Shown: positions 21,796 to 30,876 of the stretch, in pieces
Position numbering within the stretch: position 1 is the first letter of the stretch
Layout of the letters: the number at the start of each line of letters is the position of its first letter
Source of the DNA: an uncultured Proteiniphilum sp.
GTDB lineage: Bacteria > Bacteroidota > Bacteroidia > Bacteroidales > Dysgonomonadaceae
Direction of reading: 5' to 3'
Assembly: GCA_927407015.1 (NCBI GenBank)
Contig: CAKMJT010000006.1
Location: forward strand, 2,153 to 66,152
Length of the DNA: 64,000 nucleotides
Position numbers and translations under genes: made by a program
Notes under the pieces: generated by a model
Told to the model about the DNA's origin: nothing
The model's input: the letters and a program-made list of their open reading frames with translations, nothing else
Databases searched by the model: none

Positions 21796-24540
21796 TTAAA
21801 ATGTATAATTCAGCGATAATTGCAGCTTGACTCCCTTTTTATAGGACTCCACCACATGATTTTCTTCTTCACGCGTATTCAGATCTCTCAGGTTTTGCAT
21901 CATTTTCATTTCCGGATTCAGCAGGTTGCGTGCTACCAGTTTAAGTGAGAGATGATCACTGAAATCTTTACTCAATACGGCATCCAATGAAACAAAACCT
22001 TTTTCGATGATCTCATCGTTGTAGAGATAATCTCTGTTTTCTGCATCCTTGGGACTGCCCAGCGCAAAAATTCTGTCGGAAGAGTAGTTACCGGATAGAC
22101 TTGCCATCCATCTGTTTTGCTTGTTTTCGTAACTAATGGAGAGATTAGCGATCAAATCGGAAGCACCCTGCAGACCGGAGGTTGTTTTGTTGTTGTACCG
22201 ATAGGCTTCCAGCAGATCCTGTTCAACCCACATTCTGGTGCCGTTCAGGATCATCCGTACCACATTCTCATCAGACTTGTACAAATTTAGTCGTGCCTCT
22301 GCCTCCAGTCCGAATACGCTGGCTTTCTCTCCCGTGTTCGCGTAAACCAGATAGCCCGCTCCACCGGTTAATGAGGTGATATTGATGGGGTCGTTGATAT
22401 TCTTGTAAAAGGCAGCCACAGAAAGCAATTCATCGGATGTTTTAAAGTATTCCCACTTCAGGTCGGCATTCCAGTTTTCCGATGCCTTCAGCTCGGGTGT
22501 TCCCTGTATGATGGTACTGTTGGGAGAGGTATAGGCAAACGGGGCGATCTCTTTGAACTCGGGCAGTGTAATAGTTTTACTGCCCGAGAGACGCAGACTG
22601 CTCTTGTCGTTCAATGCATATTTTAAGTTGATGCTCGGGTAAAACTGCTTGTATGTTTTCTTTATGTTAGGCTCACGCAGCGGGTCATCGTTGTTGATGT
22701 CCCATTGCACATCTATCTGGTCGTATTCATACCTGACACCCACATTCCCGTCCAGATCACCATAGTCGAACCCGACCGTTGCATATCCGCCAATGGCATT
22801 CATTGTCGCATTGTATATATCTGCAGGGATAGTTTTGATTTTTGCGCTGTCGAAGGAAGAGGAGGTGAAGATGGAGGTGATGTCATCCACATTGTCATCC
22901 TCCTTTCGTATACCCGCTAACTGTACACCCACAAACTGATTGCTGAAATCCCGCTGTTTATTGCGATAGTTCACACCATAATTCAGATGATAGGGATGGC
23001 CGCCCAGGTTCAAATCAATTTTATTTCGCAGATAACCGTTGATCTCTTTGTCATCGATCTCCTGACTCGATTTCCGGTTTTCGAAATCGGAAATACGGTA
23101 AGAGAAATACAACGTGTTATTATCGAATCCGGTGTAGGTTCTGATCCGGTTGGGTTCATCTGAGGCAACAGTGTTGTAGCCAACTCCCCACTCCACCTTA
23201 TTGGTTTCCGAAAAACGATGATCACCCAGCAGCTGATTGACAATGAGCATTGTCGTTCTTGTATTCATGTCACGGGTGAAAAAAGAGTCGGAGATCTCAT
23301 CCATATCGAACTTGTATCCGCTACCGTTCCTGCCCTGTTCATATACCTGATCTGTTAGCTTATTGATAAACAGAAGATTATAGTTTAGCTTGTGGTTTGT
23401 GTTCAACCGGTAGGCCATATTCAGCAACCCGGTCAGTGTTTCATTACTTATCCACGATTCGGTATCGGAGAAATCAGAATAGACCGTATTGGAATTGAAT
23501 CGTTTATAGACGCCGGTGGAATGCGCATGATCGCTTTTATAGGAGAGCGTATAAAAAAGTGACAACGTTTTCTCCGAGATTTTGAATTCCTTCCCACCCG
23601 TCGCAGAAACACCAAAATCCACGGGAAAACTTTTCGTGCGCGGATCCCATGATTGTTTAGTGATAGCATCCACCAGGTTGTATTCACGATGGTAGAAAGT
23701 CAAAAAAGTATTGTTCCTGTTGGGAGAGACTTTGAAATCACCGAAAACGCCATCCGATAACAGACTGCTGTTTACGCCTCCCTGCAGTTCGACCGAGAAC
23801 TGGTCCACAAATTCTTTCGAGATGATATTGACGTTTCCGGCTGACTGGTCGATATATCCTTCCGGGTTGTAGGTCTTGCTGATGCCCACATTCTGAATCA
23901 CACCGGTACTGAAAAGACCGAGGTCGATATTTTTCTTTTCGATATCGTCAGAAGGTATCGGAAGGCCATTCATGGTGGTGGACAGATACCGGTCGCCCAA
24001 TCCGCGGACAAACACTTCGCCGGAACCTTCACTCTTAACGACTCCGGTTATTTTACTTGTTGCAGTAGCAGCATCGGAAACTCCCTGCATTGACAGCTGT
24101 TGTGCGCCCACACTTTCACGAATCACTGTAGCATTCTTCTGGTCCATGAGCAGGATACGCTCCGACTCTCTGCGTGGGGTTGCCACCACGACCACCTCAT
24201 CGAGACTGACATCGTCAGTCTCCATGGCAAAGTTCAGGATCGTCTCCTTTCCTTTTTCAACAAGTACATTCTGTATGGCTACGGGACGATAAGCCACGTA
24301 AGAGGCTCTTAATGTATACGTACCATCTGCCAGATTTAGTATGACAAAGTTTCCATCCAGGTCAGCTGCAGCGCCGTTGGAGGTTCCTTCCACGAGCACC
24401 GATGCGCCGATGAGAGGTTCATTGGTTTTCGCATCCACAATGGTTCCCCTGATGGTGCCTGTCTGGGCAAAACCGGTAGCTAGGGAAAAGAAGAAGAGAG
24501 CGAGGAAAGATAACCGTAAGTAGTTGATTATTTGGTTCAT
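21796..24540 (-). CDS. TonB-dependent receptor (CarboxypepD_reg + plug + beta-barrel), non-SusC type
   Basis: 914 aa. Signal peptide, 'GTIRGTIVDAKTNEPLIGASVLVEGTSNGAAADLDGNFVILNLADGTYTLRASYVAY', plug 'VFVRGLGDRYLSTTMNGLPIPS', and a C-terminal aromatic residue '...LSLNYTF'. Confidence 0.9.
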   Translation of the reverse strand: MNQIINYLRLSFLALFFFSLATGFAQTGTIRGTIVDAKTNEPLIGASVLVEGTSNGAAADLDGNFVILNLADGTYTLRASYVAYRPVAIQNVLVEKGKETILNFAMETDDVSLDEVVVVATPRRESERILLMDQKNATVIRESVGAQQLSMQGVSDAATATSKITGVVKSEGSGEVFVRGLGDRYLSTTMNGLPIPSDDIEKKNIDLGLFSTGVIQNVGISKTYNPEGYIDQSAGNVNIISKEFVDQFSVELQGGVNSSLLSDGVFGDFKVSPNRNNTFLTFYHREYNLVDAITKQSWDPRTKSFPVDFGVSATGGKEFKISEKTLSLFYTLSYKSDHAHSTGVYKRFNSNTVYSDFSDTESWISNETLTGLLNMAYRLNTNHKLNYNLLFINKLTDQVYEQGRNGSGYKFDMDEISDSFFTRDMNTRTTMLIVNQLLGDHRFSETNKVEWGVGYNTVASDEPNRIRTYTGFDNNTLYFSYRISDFENRKSSQEIDDKEINGYLRNKIDLNLGGHPYHLNYGVNYRNKQRDFSNQFVGVQLAGIRKEDDNVDDITSIFTSSSFDSAKIKTIPADIYNATMNAIGGYATVGFDYGDLDGNVGVRYEYDQIDVQWDINNDDPLREPNIKKTYKQFYPSINLKYALNDKSSLRLSGSKTITLPEFKEIAPFAYTSPNSTIIQGTPELKASENWNADLKWEYFKTSDELLSVAAFYKNINDPINITSLTGGAGYLVYANTGEKASVFGLEAEARLNLYKSDENVVRMILNGTRMWVEQDLLEAYRYNNKTTSGLQGASDLIANLSISYENKQNRWMASLSGNYSSDRIFALGSPKDAENRDYLYNDEIIEKGFVSLDAVLSKDFSDHLSLKLVARNLLNPEMKMMQNLRDLNTREEENHVVESYKKGVKLQLSLNYTF

Positions 24541-24656
24541 TTGTCGCTTAAAGTAGATAAATATTTATTTGTTCTATCAAGTTTTCGCCACAAAGGTCTG
24601 ATATTAATGTTACAAAGGCGTTAAGATTTTATGACGTTATTGTTAAGTTTAAGGTC

Positions 24657-24682
24657 AAAAAAAAACGGGGCTTTCGGCCCCG
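24657..24682 (-). terminator. intrinsic terminator after the DEAD-box helicase gene
   Basis: Reverse strand: CGGGGC-CGAAA-GCCCCG followed by T9. It begins 11 nt after the stop at 24693. Confidence 0.75.
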
Positions 24683-24692
24683 CATTTCTGCA

Positions 24693-26432
24693 TCAGTATT
24701 TGTATTTCTTTTTCTTACCTTTCCCTCCGTTGTCGTTTTCGAAGAATTTCTTTTTGCCTCTCTCGGGTTTGTCTTCATCCTGTGCCAACTGAACAACCAG
24801 TTTTCTTTCATCCACATACATCCCTTTAAACGTGCTGACCACTTTAGATGCCATGTCTTCGGGTACTTCGAAAAAGGAGAAGCTTTTCATCAGATCTATC
24901 CTGCCCACCGGCACTTTCCCTTTTACGTTGTCGTTGATAAAACCCATCAGCGTGGCCGGATTCACGCCATCCATTTTACCTACGTTGATAAAAATACGGG
25001 CATATCCGTTCTCCGCCTTTCGTGAACCATTCTCAGGCCGGTCGCCTTTTTTATAGCGGGATTCTTCCTTATTGCGTCTCGAAGAGCCATCCTGTGGCTC
25101 GTAAATCTCTTCCGCCTGCTGGTAATACTCTATCAGACGGTTAAACTCCAGCGAAACGATTCGTTTGATGACATCTTCCTTCTCCAGCCATTCCAACTTG
25201 CGGAAAATGGAAGGGAGCAACCGTTCGATCTCTGCGTCATTCACCTTCACCTTTTCAATCTTGTCGACGAAGTTGAACAGTTGTTTCTCACAGATGACGT
25301 CTCCTTTAGGGATTTCTCTTTTCTCAAATTGCTTGTTGATCAGTTTTTCGATCTGTGCAATTTTACCCTTCTCCTTGATGTGTATGATGGAGATCGAAGT
25401 CCCGGTTTTACCGGCTCTGCCGGTTCTGCCGCTGCGGTGCGTATATATCTCTAAGTCATCCGGCAACCCGAAGTTGATGATGTGTGTCACATCATCAACA
25501 TCCAGTCCGCGGGCAGCCACATCGGTGGCGACCAGCAACTGCAGGTTGTGGTTCCTGTACTTACTCATCACGTAATCGCGCTGCGCCTGTGAGAGGTCGC
25601 CATGCAGCGAGTCTGCATCATAACCGTCCTGCATCAGCTTGTCGGCGATCTCCTGTGTCTCTTTCCGGGTACGACAGAAGATAATACCATATATGTTGGG
25701 ATAATAATCCACAATGCGCTTCAGTGCGAGGTACTTGTCCTTGGCGTGCACCATGAAATAGAGATGCCTTACATTCAGGGCTCCCTCGTTCTTGCGGCCA
25801 ATGGTGATCTCTACCGGGTTGTTCATATACTTCCGGGTGATTTTCTCGATTTCCCGGGGCATGGTGGCTGAGAACAGTAACATGCTTCGCTCCTCCGGCA
25901 GATGAGAAAGGATCTCATCGATGTCCTCAGAGAAACCCATATTCAGCATCTCATCGGCCTCATCAAGCACCATGGTATGTACGTTGCTGAGCGAAACTGT
26001 CTTGCGGTTGATCAGGTCGATCAGTCTGCCGGGAGTGGCCACGATGATATGTACACCTCTTTTCAGCGTGCGTATCTGACTGTCGATACTCGATCCGCCG
26101 TAGACAGGTAGAATCTTGATATCTTCCACATAGGTGGAATAATCGGTCAGGTCACCGGCAATCTGCAGACAGAGCTCTCTGGTGGGGCAAAGGATCAGCG
26201 TTTGCGGCGAAAGAAGTTTTACGTTGATTTTCTGGATGATGGGAATGCCAAATGCGGCTGTCTTCCCGGTTCCGGTCTGTGCGAGTGCGATAATGTCGCG
26301 TGTGTTGGCCAGCAGCTGGGGGATGACCTCCGTCTGTACCGGCATGGGTTGTTCAAATCCCAATTCAGCAATCGCTTTCTGAATTTCGGGGATGACACCC
26401 AGTTCTTCGAATGTTCTCATTTCTTTTTCCAT
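24693..26432 (-). CDS. DEAD-box ATP-dependent RNA helicase (DeaD/CsdA-like, with C-terminal DbpA-type RNA-binding domain and basic tail)
   Basis: Q-motif 'FEELGV...GFEQPMPVQ', 'AQTGTGKT', 'PTRELC', 'VLDEADEM', 'SAT', 'HRSGRTGRAG'. The C-terminus has 'ARIFINVGKMDGVNPATLMGFI'. Confidence 0.95.
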   Translation of the reverse strand: MEKEMRTFEELGVIPEIQKAIAELGFEQPMPVQTEVIPQLLANTRDIIALAQTGTGKTAAFGIPIIQKINVKLLSPQTLILCPTRELCLQIAGDLTDYSTYVEDIKILPVYGGSSIDSQIRTLKRGVHIIVATPGRLIDLINRKTVSLSNVHTMVLDEADEMLNMGFSEDIDEILSHLPEERSMLLFSATMPREIEKITRKYMNNPVEITIGRKNEGALNVRHLYFMVHAKDKYLALKRIVDYYPNIYGIIFCRTRKETQEIADKLMQDGYDADSLHGDLSQAQRDYVMSKYRNHNLQLLVATDVAARGLDVDDVTHIINFGLPDDLEIYTHRSGRTGRAGKTGTSISIIHIKEKGKIAQIEKLINKQFEKREIPKGDVICEKQLFNFVDKIEKVKVNDAEIERLLPSIFRKLEWLEKEDVIKRIVSLEFNRLIEYYQQAEEIYEPQDGSSRRNKEESRYKKGDRPENGSRKAENGYARIFINVGKMDGVNPATLMGFINDNVKGKVPVGRIDLMKSFSFFEVPEDMASKVVSTFKGMYVDERKLVVQLAQDEDKPERGKKKFFENDNGGKGKKKKYKY

Positions 26433-26865
26433 TGTTTAATGTGTGTATTGATCTTTCTCCGTACTCCACACACCCATTTTTGTAAGGTCCGTTATTTGCC
26501 CGCACTGCCATGATTCGAATAAATCCGGCGGTATAACCCGTTTCAGCAAAGCCAGAACAGGTGTTACCCCCACGCCCGCTGAACGGTACCTTTGCAGGTA
26601 GATCCGGCATATGCGTAGATTGCGTAAAGCAAATATCCATAAAGATGAGAGAAAATTCAATGATAATCTGTGATTTTTATTGTTGATGACGATAACCCGC
26701 GTTCCCTGAGAGGATAAAAAATCACCTTTTTTTAAATCGGGTGCAAAGTTACGAAAATAAAATGAACTATTTGGTTAAGCAAGAGCAGAATAAATTTATT
26801 TATTTTGACGAGTGTAGAAATAGTGCATTAGTTGGAACAGTCTTCCTTTTGGTGAATGATAATGA

Positions 26866-27936
26866 TCAAAACTGATAAAGAAGGTATTTTCTGAGTAAAT
26901 TTCTTTTACCACTGGTAACGCGCAACTCTTTTTCCAGATAATTATCCACAGAACCATATTTAAGTTTAATATGGTCCACGGCATAATTAAGATAAGCCCT
27001 GTTGACCGATAACATAGCGGTGACAGCTTCCTGCATCGATTCGGAAAGATTACTGGCATCTATCTCCGCTTTTGCCGGATCGATATGTTCATTGGAAAGC
27101 ATATAATCCTGTTCCAGTATACTTTGCGGTATTCCGATGGCATACAGGATGAAATAAGTGGCCAGCCCCTCACCGTCTTTACCCAGTGAACCTGACAAGA
27201 GAACAGGATAATTGCTGTCATTGGTGAGCAGATCGAACATTTCTCCGAACTGTGTTTTATGATTTTCCACAATATTAACGTACTCCTCCTGCACATACCG
27301 GATCGCATCACTTCTGTCGAAATGTTCATCTTCCATCTGCTCATCTAACTTCTCAGCATCCATGGGCATCAGAGGAAGTGCTACTTTTCGTATCGAAGGG
27401 TGAAGGAGAATGGGGTATTTTCTGGAGGTCCTCTCTGACCGGAAATCAATCACTGTTTTAATACCCAGTCTGCGTATTCTCTCCTGATCATAAAGCGTGG
27501 CATTACTTAAATTGGCTGAACGATAGATTTGACCCCACTTCATCTGACGGTTATCACTCGTAAAATAGCCGCCTATATCCCGGAAATTCTTTATATTATT
27601 CATGTCTATTACCCTGTTGGCAACGACACCTGAATAAACGCCAGCTGTACGAAGGATAAAATATTCTCTCAGGCCTGAGCCGGTAGGATTCACCCGCAAC
27701 ACCTGATCCGTAATCTTAGTGGAAGTAACCGGAGTGAAACTCGTCAGGGAACTATCGGTGAGAGAAGAGTAAATATCAATATCTCCTTCCTGGTCGGGAC
27801 TGACTTCCCATTTCAACAGAAAATCTCCCTCCCTGTCTTTCTCAACGACAGATGTTATCTTCACTGTTGACATACAAGCGTTTGCCAAAATAATCAGTAA
27901 TACAAGAAGGAGTATATAAGATAGTTTCTGCACCAT
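26866..27936 (-). CDS. tyrosine-phosphatase-fold (Y_phosphatase3-like) lipoprotein with degenerate catalytic loop
   Basis: Lipobox LIILANAC. 'NFRDIGGY...WGQIYRSANLS', 'KTVIDFRSE' and 'EQDYMLSNE' match the family. The P-loop position reads PVLLSGSLGKDGEG instead of the expected HCxAGKDRTG. Confidence 0.7.
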   Translation of the reverse strand: MVQKLSYILLLVLLIILANACMSTVKITSVVEKDREGDFLLKWEVSPDQEGDIDIYSSLTDSSLTSFTPVTSTKITDQVLRVNPTGSGLREYFILRTAGVYSGVVANRVIDMNNIKNFRDIGGYFTSDNRQMKWGQIYRSANLSNATLYDQERIRRLGIKTVIDFRSERTSRKYPILLHPSIRKVALPLMPMDAEKLDEQMEDEHFDRSDAIRYVQEEYVNIVENHKTQFGEMFDLLTNDSNYPVLLSGSLGKDGEGLATYFILYAIGIPQSILEQDYMLSNEHIDPAKAEIDASNLSESMQEAVTAMLSVNRAYLNYAVDHIKLKYGSVDNYLEKELRVTSGKRNLLRKYLLYQF

Positions 27937-28486
27937 TTACTTAAATAACAAACATAACAAACAAATGTACAAAAAACTTTGTTCTAAAATAAAAGGAATC
28001 AATGGGTATTAACAATATATAGTTATTCACTTTTCTTTTTAATACTTTAGCTTATAGATATTTAATGTTTATTTGATACAAATAGCGTTATTGTTGATAA
28101 CTTGTGAAACAGTTGTGAAAAGAAATTGATAAAATCATTGGTAAAATTGAAAAAGATCATGTCTGTAAAAAATCCGGATGACACCAATTATTTTACTGTT
28201 TTTTTGCATTTATTTTTCATCCGCTTTTCAACAGACAAATTGGGGGTCGAGAGAAATTAATTATTAACTTTGCTTTTTATAAACAATAGATGAAAGTAAC
28301 TGTAATCATCTTTCATTCAGTGTAAAAAGAAAATTCATGCTGTTGATAAATTTTGACAACTTCTTTTCTCAAGATGATAACTTACGGTGCAAATGTTTTC
28401 TCAAGATTTAATTGACAGTTTCAACAGGCTATCATAACCATCAGTTTTCTTTTTCATTTTTTTAAAAATTATATAATAATAAATAT

Positions 28487-29431
28487 ATGATTAAAGAAGA
28501 AATCATTCAAAACATAGTATTACTCCGAAAAGAAAAAAATGCCATTATCCTGGCGCATTACTACCAGGAAGCGGAAATTCAGGATATAGCCGATTTTGTG
28601 GGTGACAGTCTTGCACTGGCACAATGGGCAGCCAAAACCACAGCCGATATCATCGTACTTTGCGGGGTTCATTTTATGGGAGAGACTGCGAAAATATTGA
28701 GTCCGGAAAAGCGTGTGTTAATACCGGATCTCATGGCCGGTTGTTCTTTGGCTGAGAGCTGCCCGGTCGATGAGTTTGCACAGTTTGTACATGCGCATCC
28801 CGATCATACGGTTATCTCTTATGTGAATACAACAGCTGCTGTAAAGGCATTGACTGATATTGTCGTGACTTCTACCAACGCGAAACAGATCGTGGAATCA
28901 CTTCCTGAAGATGAAAAAATAATCTTTGGACCTGATAAGAATTTGGGTGATTATATCAATAAGCTGACAGGGAGAAACATGCTTTTGTGGGACGGTGTTT
29001 GCCATGTGCATGCACAATTTTCCCTGGAAAGAATTCTTGCATTGCAGCAAGAATACCCTGATGCTTTGCTGCTCGCACATCCCGAATGTCCGAAATACCT
29101 GTTGGAGATAGCGGATCATGTGGGTTCCACCTCTTCAATTTTGAAGTTTGCTACCAATTCTGATAAAAAACAGTTTATTGTAGCTACGGAAGCCGGTATA
29201 TTACACCAGATGCAGAAAGAAAATCCGGACAAGCTGTTTATTCCGGCGCCGCCGGAAGATTCCACCTGTGCGTGCAATGAGTGTTTTTATATGAAAATGA
29301 ATACATTGGAGAAACTATATCTCTGTTTAAAAAATGAAAAGCCGGAGATATTGGTTGATGAAGAGACAAGAATCAAGGCAGTGAAACCGATTGAACGAAT
29401 GCTGGAAATTTCAGCCAGATATGGATTATAA
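28487..29431 (+). CDS. nadA: quinolinate synthase
   Basis: 314 aa. Contains 'ILAHYYQ', 'DFVGDSL', 'VHFMGETAKIL', 'ISYVNT', 'CHVH', 'LAHPEC' and 'CACNECFYMK'. Confidence 0.95.
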   Translation: MIKEEIIQNIVLLRKEKNAIILAHYYQEAEIQDIADFVGDSLALAQWAAKTTADIIVLCGVHFMGETAKILSPEKRVLIPDLMAGCSLAESCPVDEFAQFVHAHPDHTVISYVNTTAAVKALTDIVVTSTNAKQIVESLPEDEKIIFGPDKNLGDYINKLTGRNMLLWDGVCHVHAQFSLERILALQQEYPDALLLAHPECPKYLLEIADHVGSTSSILKFATNSDKKQFIVATEAGILHQMQKENPDKLFIPAPPEDSTCACNECFYMKMNTLEKLYLCLKNEKPEILVDEETRIKAVKPIERMLEISARYGL

Positions 29432-29590
29432 AATTTTTTTTCTTTGAGAAAAGGTTATGAAAAGGGACTCTATCCCATAGAGAGAAATGAAAAGTGGCTT
29501 CTTTTCCGTACCTTTGACTCAACAATTTTATCAATTTCTGTTTTGTCTGAAGTGAAAACACTTCAGTACAAACGATGTAAATCTCTATAA

Positions 29591-30694
29591 ATGGCTCTAC
29601 AATGTGGTATCGTGGGACTACCCAACGTGGGTAAATCCACTCTTTTTAATTGCTTATCGAACGCCAAAGCACAGGCGGCCAATTTTCCCTTCTGCACCAT
29701 TGAACCCAATGTGGGTGTGATTACCGTTCCCGACAAAAGATTGAATAAACTGGCCGAGTTGGTGCATCCCCAGAAAATTGTACCAACCACAGTTGAAATT
29801 GTGGATATTGCCGGACTGGTGAAAGGTGCCAGCAAAGGTGAAGGATTGGGTAATAAATTTCTGGCAAATATTCGGGAGACCGATGCTATTTTGCATGTAT
29901 TGCGCTGTTTCGATGATGAGAACGTAACACATGTTGATGGAAAAATAGATCCGGTAAGGGATAAAGAGATTATTGATGCGGAACTGCAGCTGAAAGACCT
30001 GGAAACCATCGAGGCACGCATCAATAAAGTGGAAAAGCAGTCGAAGACCGGGGGCGACAAGGATGCCAGGTTTGCGTTCGAAGTCTATTCCAAAATCCGT
30101 GAAGCTTTGTTGCGGGGTGAATCGGCCCATACTGTTCTTTTTGATTCAAAAGACGAAGCCAGGGTGGCCCGTGATCTTTATTTGTTGACCGCCAAACCGG
30201 TGATGTATGTGTGCAATGTGGATGAAGCAAGCGCCGTAACCGGTAATCATTATGTGGATGCAGTGCGTGAGGCCGTGAAAAATGAAGATGCTCAGATTTT
30301 GGTGGTGGCTGCCAAAATTGAATCTGAGATCGCTGAGTTCGATACCTATGAAGAACGGGAAATGTTCCTGAATGAAATAGGATTGGAAGAATCCGGCGTG
30401 AACCGGCTCATCAAATCGGCATACAAGCTGCTAAACCTGCAAACATTTCTTACTGCAGGACCGCAGGAAGTGCGTGCATGGACGTTTCACAAAGGGTGGA
30501 AAGCTCCGCAATGCGCTGGAGTTATTCATACCGATTTTGAAAAAGGATTTATTCGCGCCGAGGTGATTAAGTATGAGGATTATATTCATTACGGTTCGGA
30601 AAGTGCAGTCAAAGAGGCCGGTAAAATGAATGTGGAAGGCAAGGAATATGTGGTGCAGGATGGTGACATCATGCATTTCCGGTTTAATGTGTAA
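29591..30694 (+). CDS. ychF: redox-regulated ribosome-binding ATPase YchF
   Basis: 'CGIVGLPNVGKSTLFN', 'ANFPFCTIEPNVG', 'DIAGLVKGASKGEGLGNKFL' and the TGS-domain C-terminus 'VVQDGDIMHFRFNV'. Confidence 0.97.
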   Translation: MALQCGIVGLPNVGKSTLFNCLSNAKAQAANFPFCTIEPNVGVITVPDKRLNKLAELVHPQKIVPTTVEIVDIAGLVKGASKGEGLGNKFLANIRETDAILHVLRCFDDENVTHVDGKIDPVRDKEIIDAELQLKDLETIEARINKVEKQSKTGGDKDARFAFEVYSKIREALLRGESAHTVLFDSKDEARVARDLYLLTAKPVMYVCNVDEASAVTGNHYVDAVREAVKNEDAQILVVAAKIESEIAEFDTYEEREMFLNEIGLEESGVNRLIKSAYKLLNLQTFLTAGPQEVRAWTFHKGWKAPQCAGVIHTDFEKGFIRAEVIKYEDYIHYGSESAVKEAGKMNVEGKEYVVQDGDIMHFRFNV

Positions 30695-30835
30695 TCGTTC
30701 GTTTTTTCCTCATATCATTTCGAAAATGATTTTTTCTTTTCATTAAATTGTTTTCAAGTGTTGTCCTCTTAGAATCATTTTAAATAAGCCTTTTTTATAT
30801 AAAATATGTTGTAGAACATATCAAAATTTTTTTGA

Positions 30836-30848
30836 TTAAACGATTAAT
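30836..30848. promoter_or_regulatory. candidate LacI-family operator core TTAAACGATTAAT (site 1, upstream of the regulator gene)
   Basis: Embedded in the imperfect palindrome GATTAAACGATTAATC with a central CG. It is immediately upstream of the -7 box at 30853 and 29 nt before the lacI-family ATG. The identical 13-mer recurs at 31890 and 31925. Confidence 0.65.
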
Positions 30849-30852
30849 CTTT

Positions 30853-30860
30853 TACTTTTG
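30853..30860 (+). promoter_or_regulatory. candidate -7 promoter box (TACTTTTG)
   Basis: Exact TAnnTTTG match, 17 nt upstream of the ATG at 30877. Confidence 0.5.
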
Positions 30861-30876
30861 CGTTAATTAAAGTTAC

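Noticed and set aside
27937-28486. 550-bp AT-rich spacer upstream of nadA, including a 33-codon ORF starting at about 28159.
   Set aside because: The short ORF has no membrane or peptide-like features and no visible ribosome or promoter context. The region is most simply divergent promoter DNA.
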